The position numbers were made by a program, and so were the translations under genes. Shown here in pieces: positions 28,001 to 38,271 of a stretch of 64,000 nt of DNA; positions within the stretch are counted from its first letter, which is position 1, and each line of letters opens with the position of its first letter. Origin of the DNA: Fimbriimonadaceae bacterium (lineage in GTDB: Bacteria > Armatimonadota > Fimbriimonadia > Fimbriimonadales > Fimbriimonadaceae); assembly GCA_020850835.1 (NCBI GenBank), contig JADZDX010000037.1, forward strand, positions 17,044 to 81,043, written 5' to 3'. Below the pieces are notes generated by a model. It ran no database searches and was not told where the DNA came from. It saw nothing but the letters and a program-made list of their open reading frames with translations.

Positions 28001-28420
28001 ATGGACACAAGCAGTCAGGTCCGAGCCTATATCGCTAGTCTTCCCGATACGAAAGCTAGAGAGTTGAAGCTAATCCACGACAGTATCTTGTGCGCTTCGC
28101 CAGACAGCCCACTAGATTTCTTTGATGGAACAGCAGATGGCAAAGTTGTCTCAAATCCTACGATCGGCTACGGTCGCTACACCATCCACTACGCAAACGG
28201 CTCGACTAAAGAGGCGCCTCGGGTTGGCCTTAGCGCGAATGCAACCGGAATTTCGGTCTACATTATGGGATTGAGCGACAAAGCCTTCCTGCTGAAGACC
28301 TACGGTCCAACTTTGGGGAAGGCAAAGATCACTGGCTACTGCATACGGTTCAAGTCGCTCCAGGAAATTGACCGGAGCGTGCTGCTGGGTGCGATCAACG
28401 ATGCATTGAAGCTGACTTAA
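28001..28420 (+). CDS. DUF1801/YdhG-like domain protein
   Basis: 'VRAYIASLPDTKARELKLIHDSIL' and 'GYCIRFKSLQEID' resemble the YdhG-like family. Confidence 0.55.
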   Translation: MDTSSQVRAYIASLPDTKARELKLIHDSILCASPDSPLDFFDGTADGKVVSNPTIGYGRYTIHYANGSTKEAPRVGLSANATGISVYIMGLSDKAFLLKTYGPTLGKAKITGYCIRFKSLQEIDRSVLLGAINDALKLT

Positions 28421-28438
28421 TCCGAGTACCATCTGTTT

Positions 28439-28981
28439 ATGATGCGAAATTGTCTGCTGCTCCTCCTGCTGCCGCTAACTTTGCACTCCACACCTATCCA
28501 GACCAATTCCGAACCAAAGCCAGCGTTCACATTTGCGAAAACCGAATACTTTCACCGCTTTTCCAAAGGAACGTTGCACGAGTTCACACCAAAGGGGCAG
28601 ACGGATTTGCAGAAGTGGACCGATATGTTTACGGTCAATGACTACCCGACGGTAAAGACTGGCGAAGGTCTTGCAGAAATCGCCAACAAGGTCCTCACGA
28701 CGTATAAGGCCAACGAAGGGATCATCCTGCAAACTCGGTCGGTTCCCAAAACAACAACCAAGCCTGCCGAGCACCTTATCGTCGTCCTCTTCCACCAAGC
28801 TACGTTCGCTGAAGTTGCATTTACTCGCTTCGTCCTGATGAAGGGCACAGGGCTATCAATGGCCTATTCGCACCGCATATACAACAAGAAGGCAAGCACC
28901 GAAATGGATTTTTGGATAACCAAGAACGGCGGTAGGATCGCAACGGCCTTGATGGCAATTCCATCGGCTCCAAAGCACTAG
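28439..28981 (+). CDS. Secreted hypothetical protein
   Basis: Signal peptide 'MMRNCLLLLLLPLTLHS'. No recognisable motif. Its stop overlaps the stop of the convergent gene (CTAG). Confidence 0.45.
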   Translation: MMRNCLLLLLLPLTLHSTPIQTNSEPKPAFTFAKTEYFHRFSKGTLHEFTPKGQTDLQKWTDMFTVNDYPTVKTGEGLAEIANKVLTTYKANEGIILQTRSVPKTTTKPAEHLIVVLFHQATFAEVAFTRFVLMKGTGLSMAYSHRIYNKKASTEMDFWITKNGGRIATALMAIPSAPKH

Positions 28982-31164
28982 CGCTTCAATTGGTTCACGC
29001 GCTCAAGTTCTTTCAAGAGGAAGTCAATCTTCATGAAGGGATCACCACCCGTGCGCTTCCAGCGAATCTTGCCATCTCGATCAATCAAGATCGTTGAGTG
29101 CAATTCCATGCCTTCGAAGTCATCGTAGGAAGAAAATCGCCGCGCATTCTCATGATTGTTATCGGAGAGAAAAGTAATGCCTACTCCACCAAGGGTCACT
29201 GATTCCTTCAGGGCCGCCGGAGTGGCACTGCACACGCCGAGTACAACCGTATCGCGGGCCTTGAATTCGTCCATCTTGTCATTAATGCTCTTCAATTGTC
29301 CGACACAATGCACGCACGCTTCTCCAAGGAAAAAGACTAGCAAGATATTCTTGCCCTTGTATTGGTCGAGCGTGACCGGCTTGCCGTCAACATCCCTCAC
29401 GGCAAGCCGAGGAGCCGCAAATGGTTGCCAGTTGGTTGGTCCGTACTTCTCTAAGCTCTTGGGTTCATATTGGCGTTCAGGTGCCGGCGTCTCGGCAATG
29501 GGCTTCAGTTGAAGCCCCAGCTTCCGCACATCTTCGAGCCACTTGAGCCCCGGTTCTGCTTTGGACCACACATACTCTAACCGTCCTGCGTAATAGGCAG
29601 CCATGTCCAAGTTCCCGGCGGTATGGTAGGCCAGTGCCAATCCGCTGAGCGTAAACCCGTCGTTAGGTTCCAAGGCAAGGCTCTTGTTATAAGCAGCGAT
29701 TGCTCCTTCTTGATCGCCGCGCTGACGAAGGACATCACCCAGAATTCGGTAAACGGGCCAGGCAGCAAAAGGTGGGTCGTTCGTAAAGGATCCGCTGTTT
29801 CGCTCCTTCTCATCAGCTTCAGCTGCCTTCTTAAGAAGGGCTACGGACTCCTCGGCTTTACCTTCCGCGAGCCCGATGAGAGCCTCAGCTACCTTTGGCT
29901 CAGCTGGCTCACCAAAGGACGGCTTGTGAAGTTTCTTCACTTCCTCAATCTTCCCTCGAGCCTCAGCAGTCCTTCCGATACCATTGAGGGCGAACGCTTC
30001 CAATAAGGCCTTGAACGACTTTGAGTTCGGATCCTTCGGGTCCCATTCTATGGCGTTCTTCCCAAGAATTTCGTCCCACTTTTCAAACTTTAGTAGCGCT
30101 CGCATGAGGGCCCCATTTCCTTGAGAGGTGATGATCCCTTCAGGGCCAGCGTTGTACTCTGGATCTCGCGGAGCAGAAAGCATATCCCGGGCGCCCTGCA
30201 TCGCCATTCCTACCATTCCAAGTTGTTCTTGGATGTAGCACAGGTAGTTTCTGTTGTGGGGATAGTTCCAAGTCTCAAACGGCAAGGCGAGCCGGTCGTC
30301 CATGTATTGCAATTCAATCCGAGTCGCCGAGTCCATCGCAATTGCCGCTTCGTGCCACATGCCAACCTTGCTGTAGATATGGCCTGGCATGTGCATGGCA
30401 TGACCAATGCCTGGAGATGCTTCCGCATACTTCACGCAACTTTCCAGCGCTCTGGTGGACGATCTCCCGTCCCAGTTGTGGATGTTGGCATGCAGCGCTC
30501 CTGGATGAAGGGGATTCTTTGCCAGTATGCCCTTGATAAAAGTCTCATTGTCTTGAGCGCTGATCTTCCCGATGTTATAAAACGCAGCTTCTGCTCGGGC
30601 TTCCAGATCTTCCGGATACTTTGCGGCGATAGCATTCAATTTGTCAGTGAGCACCTTCACTCGGTTCTGTTCCTTTGGTACCGTCGCCGCTTCGTAGGCC
30701 TCGATATACATCACTTCTCGGTCTGATGCAAACTTCTTCCTCTTCCCTGCCTCAGTCAAGAATGTTTTGAAGCGGCCAAACTCCTTATCGTTAAAGGTGG
30801 GCGCCTCCATACTGAACCAATTGAAGCCACACATCGCGAGTCCAAGGTAAGCCATCGCGCAATCGGGGTCCAACTTTAAGCACCAACGAAACGATCTCTC
30901 TGCTTCCTCAAACCAAAACGAGTGCAGTAGCGCATTGCCTTGGTCAAACCACTTTTGGACTTCACGGTTCTTTGAGGTGATGGGGAATGGAGCGCTTCCG
31001 ATCCCCTTCATCTCCCAAGGCTTCGTTCGCATGCCGGAATCAAAGGCGGATCCGTGCTTAGAGTGCCCCGGCTCATCATCAACGACGCCAAACACAAAAG
31101 CCGAGCTAAGTGTGAGCGCCAGAACAAGAAATGACCGCATGAAGGAGCATAGCAGGAATTCCAC
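28978..31164 (-). CDS. Exported TPR-repeat protein fused to a C-terminal thioredoxin-fold (AhpC/TSA/redoxin) domain
   Basis: Signal peptide, long TPR/helical region, and C-terminal 'ILLVFFLGEACVHCVGQL' (CxxC) with a redoxin-like fold. Confidence 0.7.
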   Translation of the reverse strand: MEFLLCSFMRSFLVLALTLSSAFVFGVVDDEPGHSKHGSAFDSGMRTKPWEMKGIGSAPFPITSKNREVQKWFDQGNALLHSFWFEEAERSFRWCLKLDPDCAMAYLGLAMCGFNWFSMEAPTFNDKEFGRFKTFLTEAGKRKKFASDREVMYIEAYEAATVPKEQNRVKVLTDKLNAIAAKYPEDLEARAEAAFYNIGKISAQDNETFIKGILAKNPLHPGALHANIHNWDGRSSTRALESCVKYAEASPGIGHAMHMPGHIYSKVGMWHEAAIAMDSATRIELQYMDDRLALPFETWNYPHNRNYLCYIQEQLGMVGMAMQGARDMLSAPRDPEYNAGPEGIITSQGNGALMRALLKFEKWDEILGKNAIEWDPKDPNSKSFKALLEAFALNGIGRTAEARGKIEEVKKLHKPSFGEPAEPKVAEALIGLAEGKAEESVALLKKAAEADEKERNSGSFTNDPPFAAWPVYRILGDVLRQRGDQEGAIAAYNKSLALEPNDGFTLSGLALAYHTAGNLDMAAYYAGRLEYVWSKAEPGLKWLEDVRKLGLQLKPIAETPAPERQYEPKSLEKYGPTNWQPFAAPRLAVRDVDGKPVTLDQYKGKNILLVFFLGEACVHCVGQLKSINDKMDEFKARDTVVLGVCSATPAALKESVTLGGVGITFLSDNNHENARRFSSYDDFEGMELHSTILIDRDGKIRWKRTGGDPFMKIDFLLKELERVNQLKR

Positions 31165-31246
31165 TCCCCAATACTACTGTCCTCAATCGCCAAGCCAACA
31201 AACTGACGGTACCTTCATTTTGGCCCACTCGTCTTGAGAACTAGTA

Positions 31247-31735
31247 ATGCTTAAAGATTCTATGAAAACTAAGATCGCCACCACTTCTACTTTCATCGTT
31301 GCGACCCTAATGTTGGCGGGCTTTGCCTCAATGCAGTCGCAGACGCTAGACCGCAAGCAACTTCGAGAGATTCTCGTGCAGTTGGGCTACGAAGTCAAGG
31401 ACATTGTGAAGGATGAAGGTAAACAAAAGTACGCTGTAAGCTTCAGCAGCAACGACCTCAATATTCCTGTAGGCTATGAGATTAGTCCTAGCGGAAATTA
31501 CATCTGGCTGACGGCCAACCTAGGCGACGGTCCGAAAGCCGGTAACGAAATGACATTCCAGCTCCTGAAGCAAAATGCTCGAGTACAGCCAACCTTCTTC
31601 TACATTTCCGAGAGCGGTAAGCTCATGGCGGCCCTAGCCGTTGAGAACCGCGGGGTAACCAACAGCCTCCTGAAGCAGCGGTCCGAGATCTTTGCCGATA
31701 ACGTTGGCAAAACGAAAGATGTTTGGCTGAAGTAA
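31247..31735 (+). CDS. Membrane-anchored/secreted hypothetical protein
   Basis: N-terminal hydrophobic segment 'TSTFIVATLMLAGFA'. The remainder is not assignable. By eye it is more AT-rich than its neighbours. Confidence 0.45.
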   Translation: MLKDSMKTKIATTSTFIVATLMLAGFASMQSQTLDRKQLREILVQLGYEVKDIVKDEGKQKYAVSFSSNDLNIPVGYEISPSGNYIWLTANLGDGPKAGNEMTFQLLKQNARVQPTFFYISESGKLMAALAVENRGVTNSLLKQRSEIFADNVGKTKDVWLK

Positions 31736-31741
31736 GAACGC

Positions 31742-32398
31742 TTAACCGATGCTCAGCCCGGCCTTGTTCCAGTCATCCAAGAACCTGGTGAGACCGATAT
31801 CTGTGAGTGGGTGCTTGAACATCATCTGCATGATCTTAAATGGCATAGTCGCCACATGGGCTCCAGCATTAACGGCTTGAACTACATGTAGGGGATGGCG
31901 GACCGAAGCAACCAAAATTTCGCTCTCGAATCCATAATTCTCGACCATCGCCACGGAGTCGGCAACGGCTACCATGCCGTCATCACTCAAGTCATCAACG
32001 CGACCAACAAAGTTCGAGATGTAGGTCGCCCCTGCCTTGGCGGCCAATAGCGCTTGTGACACAGAGAACACCAACGTAACGTTGGTGCGAATCCCGCGCT
32101 CGCTCAGTGTGCGAACGAGCCGAACCCCAGGTTCGATCAATGGCACCTTGACCACGACTTGGGGGTGCCAGCTTGATACTTCAAGGGCCTCTGTCAGCAT
32201 CGTTTCGTAATCAGTGGCAATGACTTCGGCGCTGATTGCTCCATCAGGCACCAATTCGCAGATTTTCAGAACCGTCTCTTTGAAGCCCTTCCCGCTCTTC
32301 GCAATCAGGGTCGGATTTGTCGTTACTCCATCCAAGACGCCCCATTCGGCCGCCTTCCTCACCTCTTCAACGTCACCAGTATCTACAAAGAGCTTCAT
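31742..32398 (-). CDS. tal: Fructose-6-phosphate aldolase / short transaldolase (class 3B)
   Basis: 'MKLFVDTGDVEEVRKAAEWGVLDGVTTNPTL' and 'VKVP'. 218 aa. Confidence 0.9.
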   Translation of the reverse strand: MKLFVDTGDVEEVRKAAEWGVLDGVTTNPTLIAKSGKGFKETVLKICELVPDGAISAEVIATDYETMLTEALEVSSWHPQVVVKVPLIEPGVRLVRTLSERGIRTNVTLVFSVSQALLAAKAGATYISNFVGRVDDLSDDGMVAVADSVAMVENYGFESEILVASVRHPLHVVQAVNAGAHVATMPFKIMQMMFKHPLTDIGLTRFLDDWNKAGLSIG

Positions 32399-32419
32399 CA
32401 GGTCCTATTGTACTGGAGC

Positions 32420-34237
32420 TTACTTTCGAGTGACCGCTTTATTGACCAGACCGCTACTTCGAAGGGCCCCTATCGTACTTCGTCTCGCTTCTTGATCAAC
32501 ACCGTACCGGTCAAGAGCCACCTTTGACATTTCTAGGGCTAGTTCGAATTCGCCCAGGACAATTCGTTGAACCCCCAAGTCGGCTAGGTTCTCGGCGTCT
32601 TCAATCTCGTGCGACCTTACGCAAATGGCTATTGCAGGGTTAATGGCACGGGCTGACTTTACAATTTCCCTAACGGAAGACTTTGCTGGAGTGGCTACGA
32701 TGACGAGCTTGGCATCTTGCAGCCCTGCATGAGCAAGGATCCCCTTTCGGGATGCATCACCAAAAACATAGGGGACTCCCTCGCCCTTTAGCTGGTCTAT
32801 AGTAACTCGATCAAGATCCACCACAACGAATGGGATGCCGTTTGCCGATAGTGCGCTCCCAATAGTCTTACCCACGCGTCCGTATCCAATCATCACCACG
32901 TGATCGGAGATCGGTACCGGATCATCGGCCTCAATTTGGTCATCGCTGCTGCCTGATCGCTCAAACCATTTAAGGATTGATGGGTGATTTGCAAGCCACT
33001 GGTTAATCGGGTTTATCGTTTGGAAGATCAAAGGGTTTAGAGCAATACTCAGGATCGCGGCGGCAAGCACGATACTAAGGGCAACCTTGGGAACAAGGTT
33101 CAGATAAATACCCAAGTTGATTAAGATGAACGAGAATTCGCCGATCTGAGCAAGACTCGCCGCAATCGTCAAGCCCGTCAGGATAGGATAGCGAAACAGA
33201 AGGGTAATGAAGAGCGCCGCCAGGCTCTTTCCAACCATGACAATAGCGAGAGCAACAAGGACATGTAGCGGGTATTGCGCCAACACCTGCGGATCAAATT
33301 TCATGCCCACGGACACGAAGAACAACACTGTAAAAGCCTCTTGAAGGGAGAGAGTTTCCGCGTTCGCCTGATAGGATAGGTCGGACTCGCTGATAACAAC
33401 GCCAGCAAAGAATGCTCCTAAAGCAGGTGAAACCCCGAAGAGCCCCGCCGCGCCGAAGGCAACTCCAAGGGCAACGGCTAGCACCCCAAGCGTAAATAGT
33501 TCGCGAGAGCCTGTCCTCGCTACTCGCCCAAGAAGTCTAGGAATAACGGTCTTCCCAATGACGAGCATTGCAGCGACAAATGTGCCGACCTTCGCGACGG
33601 TCAACAGCATAGTCGTGGCGACCCCAGTGGTGTCCCCACCATGACTCCCACCGCCGGGAGCAACGCTCAGTGCAGGAAGGACAACGAGGGCCACCACCGT
33701 CACCAAGTCCTCGACTACGAGCCAACCAATGGCAATCTTGCCATTTGTAGTATCAATGATCCCAGCTTCCCCAAGGGCGCGCAGGAGGACGACCGTACTG
33801 GCGACCGACAGGCATAGCCCGAAGACGATTCCGGCCCCCCAGCTCCATCCAAAGAACTGTGCCGCGATCGCTCCCATCGCAGTCGCCGCCAAAATTTGAA
33901 CGATAGCCCCCGGAAGAGCGATCTTGCGCACGGACAACAGATCCTTGATTGAGAAGTGCAAGCCAACACCAAACATTAGCAAGCTAACTCCGATCTCGGA
34001 GAGTTGGGTCGCGAGATCAACATCGGCTACGAATCCGGGCGAGAATGGGCCAATTGCCATGCCGGCAATCAAGTAGCCGAGAAGGAGTGGTAACTTGAGC
34101 CTAGCTGCGAGCAAGCCAAGGATAAATGCTAGGCCCAACCCCGCGGCAATCGTTGCGATTAGCGATGTCTCGTGTGGGATGCGCTTGATCTTACCAAATA
34201 CTTTCCCTAGCGGGTCTGAACTAAGCCGACCAACCAC
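32420..34237 (-). CDS. CPA2 monovalent cation:proton antiporter (Kef/YbaL type) with C-terminal RCK/TrkA-N domain
   Basis: 'GYLIAGMAIGPF', about 12 TM, and Rossmann 'HVVMIGYGRVGKTIG'. GTG start overlaps the upstream MFS gene by 31 nt. Confidence 0.85.
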   Translation of the reverse strand: MVGRLSSDPLGKVFGKIKRIPHETSLIATIAAGLGLAFILGLLAARLKLPLLLGYLIAGMAIGPFSPGFVADVDLATQLSEIGVSLLMFGVGLHFSIKDLLSVRKIALPGAIVQILAATAMGAIAAQFFGWSWGAGIVFGLCLSVASTVVLLRALGEAGIIDTTNGKIAIGWLVVEDLVTVVALVVLPALSVAPGGGSHGGDTTGVATTMLLTVAKVGTFVAAMLVIGKTVIPRLLGRVARTGSRELFTLGVLAVALGVAFGAAGLFGVSPALGAFFAGVVISESDLSYQANAETLSLQEAFTVLFFVSVGMKFDPQVLAQYPLHVLVALAIVMVGKSLAALFITLLFRYPILTGLTIAASLAQIGEFSFILINLGIYLNLVPKVALSIVLAAAILSIALNPLIFQTINPINQWLANHPSILKWFERSGSSDDQIEADDPVPISDHVVMIGYGRVGKTIGSALSANGIPFVVVDLDRVTIDQLKGEGVPYVFGDASRKGILAHAGLQDAKLVIVATPAKSSVREIVKSARAINPAIAICVRSHEIEDAENLADLGVQRIVLGEFELALEMSKVALDRYGVDQEARRSTIGALRSSGLVNKAVTRK

Positions 34238-35466
34238 GATCCCGCGAGAAACAAGATAGCTGCGAGCATAAAGGCCACGGTATATCCTAGGCCCGCTGAG
34301 TGCCGATTGATCCCATCAATCTGGGCGCCAACGAGCCCATTAAACACCTGAGGCAGGGCAATTGAACTCTGCCAGATGCCCATATCTTTGGCAATATCGT
34401 CTTGGCTGGGTAGTACATCCGCAACTAGAGCCCAATCGGCGCTGGTGAAGGCGCCATATCCAACACCAAAGACCAAGGCAAGTCCAAGGATCGGCAAGAA
34501 CGTTTGAGCGAATGCGAATGGCATGATCGAGGCAAACATGATCCAGCCAGCTGTCTGAATCACCCGAGTCCGCCCTAACTGATCGGCCAGTCGTCCGCCG
34601 ATGACAGCTCCAACGATCCCAGTCAGGGACAAGAGAACAATCACTACGACTGCGGCTAAGAGCGCTCCTCCCTTCGGGTCCGCATTCCAACTTGCGGGTA
34701 ACGGTGGATACACACGGACGACGTCCTTCAGGAAGTTCTGGCCAAAGGCAGTAATGATGTAGAAACCAAAGGCTACTAAGAATCTCATCAACCATACGAT
34801 GCGGAAGTTTCTACTTCGAAGGGGAGCGTAGATGGATTCTAAAGTCAACGCTGTTGGGACCTTTCTGAATGGCCTACTTATGTCATCGGAGCGGATTGCC
34901 CCCATGACAAGGCTCAGGCAAATAAGGTGCAGGAACCCGATGATGCCAAAGAGAACTGAGAGATCTAGCTTGAGCAAAGTGCCGCCCATCGCAAACACGG
35001 CGGCGATGACTTGAGCACTGTAGTTCAGCATGCCAAGGACTCCGCTGGCTCGGCCTCGGTTCTCCGAGGGAACCAATTCTGGAATCAGGGCTGAGTATGG
35101 TCCGGTCGCCACATCATCGCTGACCTGAAGAAGAAAGTATCCAACAATCAGCATAGGTACCGTTTGCGCAACTCCCAAGACAATACATGCGATGCAGGTC
35201 ATCAAGGCACCGAGAACTATCCATGGCTTCCGGCGACCCCAACGCGTAGGCATTTGGTCACTGAGCCAACCCATGAGGGCAGGGCCGACGGTAGCTTCGA
35301 GCGCACCGATCGCGAGGATCATTCCCCATGTGCTGTTCTGCTCTCCCTGCGGCATGATTGAATTGACCTTTGCGGGGAGAAGGAGCAATGCCAAGAACCA
35401 TTTGAAACTCGTGGCAAACCAGTAGGCCGATATACGGGCGTACCACCCAAAGCGGTTTTGGAACAC
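34207..35466 (-). CDS. MFS transporter, substrate unknown
   Basis: About 12 TM with 'SDQMPTRWGRRKPWI' (MFS loop 2-3 motif, GPH/folate-biopterin-like). Confidence 0.75.
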   Translation of the reverse strand: MFQNRFGWYARISAYWFATSFKWFLALLLLPAKVNSIMPQGEQNSTWGMILAIGALEATVGPALMGWLSDQMPTRWGRRKPWIVLGALMTCIACIVLGVAQTVPMLIVGYFLLQVSDDVATGPYSALIPELVPSENRGRASGVLGMLNYSAQVIAAVFAMGGTLLKLDLSVLFGIIGFLHLICLSLVMGAIRSDDISRPFRKVPTALTLESIYAPLRSRNFRIVWLMRFLVAFGFYIITAFGQNFLKDVVRVYPPLPASWNADPKGGALLAAVVVIVLLSLTGIVGAVIGGRLADQLGRTRVIQTAGWIMFASIMPFAFAQTFLPILGLALVFGVGYGAFTSADWALVADVLPSQDDIAKDMGIWQSSIALPQVFNGLVGAQIDGINRHSAGLGYTVAFMLAAILFLAGSWLVGLVQTR

Positions 35467-35577
35467 GCCCCGGTTTTACCATTCATTTGATTCGGGCTTA
35501 CACCACCCTGAGGTAATCTATGGTGTCTGCCACCGCGCCAATGTCGTCGCTTCTGCATGTGCGGACTTGAGACATCT

Positions 35578-38271
35578 ATGAGCCAAAAGCGCGTTTTTCT
35601 GTTCCGCGAGGGCAATGCGACCATGCGGGACCTCCTCGGCGGAAAGGGAGCCAACCTCGCCGAAATGACCAACATCGGTCTGCCCGTTCCTCCCGGATTC
35701 ACCATTACTACTGCCGTCTGTGGCGAATACTATCAAGCCGGCAAAGCCCTCCCCCACGGGTTGCTAGATGACATGAAGTCCGCAGTAGCCGAAGTTGAGC
35801 AGATCACGGGTCGAAGGCTTGGCGGTAGCGAGAAACCATTGCTGTTTTCCGTTCGCTCAGGGGCCAAGTTCAGCATGCCGGGAATGATGGATACGGTCTT
35901 GAACCTCGGTCTCAACCCACAAACCCTCGAGGCGATGGTGAAGGAGACCGGCGACGAACGCTTTGTGTACGACTCGTACCGGCGCTTCATCATGATGTTC
36001 AGCGATGTCGCCTTTGGGATTCCAAAGCACGACTTTGACAACGAGATCTTCCAAGTGTTCAAGTATAAAGTCGGCGCAAAGAGCGACCTTGACCTAACCG
36101 CCGAACATCTGAAGGAAATCTCGGCGCAGTTCCTAGCCCATGTCAAGGCTGAAGTGGGCCGCGACTTCCCCACCGATCCATGGGAGCAACTGCAACTTGC
36201 GGTTGAGGCTGTGTTCAGGAGTTGGAACAACGACCGTGCCATCTTCTATCGCCGAACCGAGAAGATTCCTGATGAGATCGGCACGGCCGTCAACATCCAA
36301 GCAATGGTGTTTGGCAATGCGGGCGATGATTGCGGCACCGGTGTTGCCTTTACGCGCGATCCAAGCACCGGAGAGAAGTCTCTCTTCGGCGAGTATCTGA
36401 TGAATGCCCAAGGCGAAGATGTTGTGGCTGGAGTCCGAACTCCGGTTCCGATCAGCACTCTTCAGAAGCAGAATGAGTCGATCTACAACGAGTTCGTAAG
36501 CGTTTGCAACAAGCTCGAGAGTCACTACAAGGACATGCAGGACTTGGAGTTCACGATCGAGCACGGCAAGCTGTACATGCTGCAATGTCGATCCGGTAAG
36601 CGAACTGGCCCGGCGGCTGTTCGAATCGCGGTTGAAATGGTAGGCGAAGGTCTCATTTCCAAGGACGAAGCAATCAACCGAGTAACCGGTTCTCACCTCG
36701 ACCAGTTGCTACACCCTCGGATCAATCCAGATTCAATCCCCTCAGCTATCCTTCTTGCCAAGGGTCTGGCTGCTTCACCCGGTGCTGCGGTCGGCAAGGT
36801 TGTTTTTGATGCCGATACCGCCGCCGACAAAGGAAAGGGCGGGAATGGTGATCAAGTGATTCTTGTTCGAGACGAGACCAACCCGGACGATGTCCACGGA
36901 ATGCTGGCAGCGCAAGGCGTGTTGACGGCTCGAGGTGGGAAGACAAGCCACGCCGCCGTCGTTGCCCGCGGATTTGGAATCCCCTGTGTTGCTGGTGCAG
37001 AGGCGTTGGAAGTCAACGCTACCAATCGCCAATTTCACGTAGAAGGCCACACCGTTAAGGAGGGCGACATCATCACCCTTGATGGTTCCACCGGAAACAT
37101 CTATTTTGGCAAGCTAGACCTAATCGCACCCGAAGTTTCCGGGGCGTTTGGCGACCTCATGTCATGGGCTGATGAAACCCGGCGGCTGAGAGTTCGCACC
37201 AATGCCGACAACCCGCAGGACGCACAGCAAGCTCTCGAATTTGGCGCCGAGGGTATTGGTCTTTGCCGCACCGAGCACATGTTCTTTGACAAGGAACGGC
37301 TCCCGCTGGTCCAAGAAATGATTCTCACCAAGGATCAGGGGATTCGGGACAAATGCCTCGCATCCCTACTGGAGTTTCAACAGAACGATTTTGAAGGCAT
37401 TTTCCGCGCCATGGGCGGCAAGCCTGTCACGATCAGATTGATTGACCCACCCCTGCATGAATTCTTACCCTCGCATGAGGAACTGATTCGCGAGACAACC
37501 GAACTGCAAATCAAATCTAGTACGAACCCTCATACCCTTGCTAAGCTGAACGAGAAGCTGAAGCTCCTCGCCGAAGTGGAGAGCATGAAGGAATCTAACC
37601 CAATGATGGGCCTCCGTGGTGTACGCCTCAGTATCATTATGCCGGGCATCGTGGTCATGCAAACTCGTGCCATTCTCCAAGCGGCCGCAAAACTGACCAA
37701 AGAAGGCATTGCTGTGTATCCAGAGATCATGATCCCATTGATCTCAACGGTGAATGAGCTCAAGGTTGTACAGAGCTTGCTCGAAGACACGGCGAAGAAG
37801 GTCATGGCTGAGCACGGAACTGCGGTTTCCTATCAGTTCGGCACAATGATCGAGATTCCTCGAGCAGCTTTGACCGCAGGTGAAATCGCGGAATATGCAC
37901 AGTTCTTCAGCTTTGGTACTAATGATCTCACCCAGATGACCTTCGGGTTTAGCCGCGATGATGCAGAAGGTAAGTTCCTCACCCAGTACGTGGACCAGAA
38001 GATCTTGCCAACCAATCCATTTGAAAGCATTGATCAAGCCGGCGTGGGTCGTTTGATGAAGCTAGCCGTCCAAGAGGGCCGCGCCTCTCGCGAGGGTCTT
38101 AAGTGCGGTATCTGCGGCGAGCATGGGGGCGATCCGGAATCGGTGATCTTCTGCCACCAAATAGGGCTTGACTATGTGTCCTGCTCACCTTTCCGCGTGC
38201 CGATTGCTCGACTTGCGGCGGCGCAAGCGGCTATTCGCGATCGAATGACGGTAACGACTGCGGATAAGTAA
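35578..38271 (+). CDS. ppdK: Pyruvate, phosphate dikinase
   Basis: 'GGKGANLAEM', phosphohistidine motif 'GGKTSHAAVVARG', and 'GICGEHGGDP'. Start set to the ATG at 35578 (MSQKRVFLF). Confidence 0.95.
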   Translation: MSQKRVFLFREGNATMRDLLGGKGANLAEMTNIGLPVPPGFTITTAVCGEYYQAGKALPHGLLDDMKSAVAEVEQITGRRLGGSEKPLLFSVRSGAKFSMPGMMDTVLNLGLNPQTLEAMVKETGDERFVYDSYRRFIMMFSDVAFGIPKHDFDNEIFQVFKYKVGAKSDLDLTAEHLKEISAQFLAHVKAEVGRDFPTDPWEQLQLAVEAVFRSWNNDRAIFYRRTEKIPDEIGTAVNIQAMVFGNAGDDCGTGVAFTRDPSTGEKSLFGEYLMNAQGEDVVAGVRTPVPISTLQKQNESIYNEFVSVCNKLESHYKDMQDLEFTIEHGKLYMLQCRSGKRTGPAAVRIAVEMVGEGLISKDEAINRVTGSHLDQLLHPRINPDSIPSAILLAKGLAASPGAAVGKVVFDADTAADKGKGGNGDQVILVRDETNPDDVHGMLAAQGVLTARGGKTSHAAVVARGFGIPCVAGAEALEVNATNRQFHVEGHTVKEGDIITLDGSTGNIYFGKLDLIAPEVSGAFGDLMSWADETRRLRVRTNADNPQDAQQALEFGAEGIGLCRTEHMFFDKERLPLVQEMILTKDQGIRDKCLASLLEFQQNDFEGIFRAMGGKPVTIRLIDPPLHEFLPSHEELIRETTELQIKSSTNPHTLAKLNEKLKLLAEVESMKESNPMMGLRGVRLSIIMPGIVVMQTRAILQAAAKLTKEGIAVYPEIMIPLISTVNELKVVQSLLEDTAKKVMAEHGTAVSYQFGTMIEIPRAALTAGEIAEYAQFFSFGTNDLTQMTFGFSRDDAEGKFLTQYVDQKILPTNPFESIDQAGVGRLMKLAVQEGRASREGLKCGICGEHGGDPESVIFCHQIGLDYVSCSPFRVPIARLAAAQAAIRDRMTVTTADK

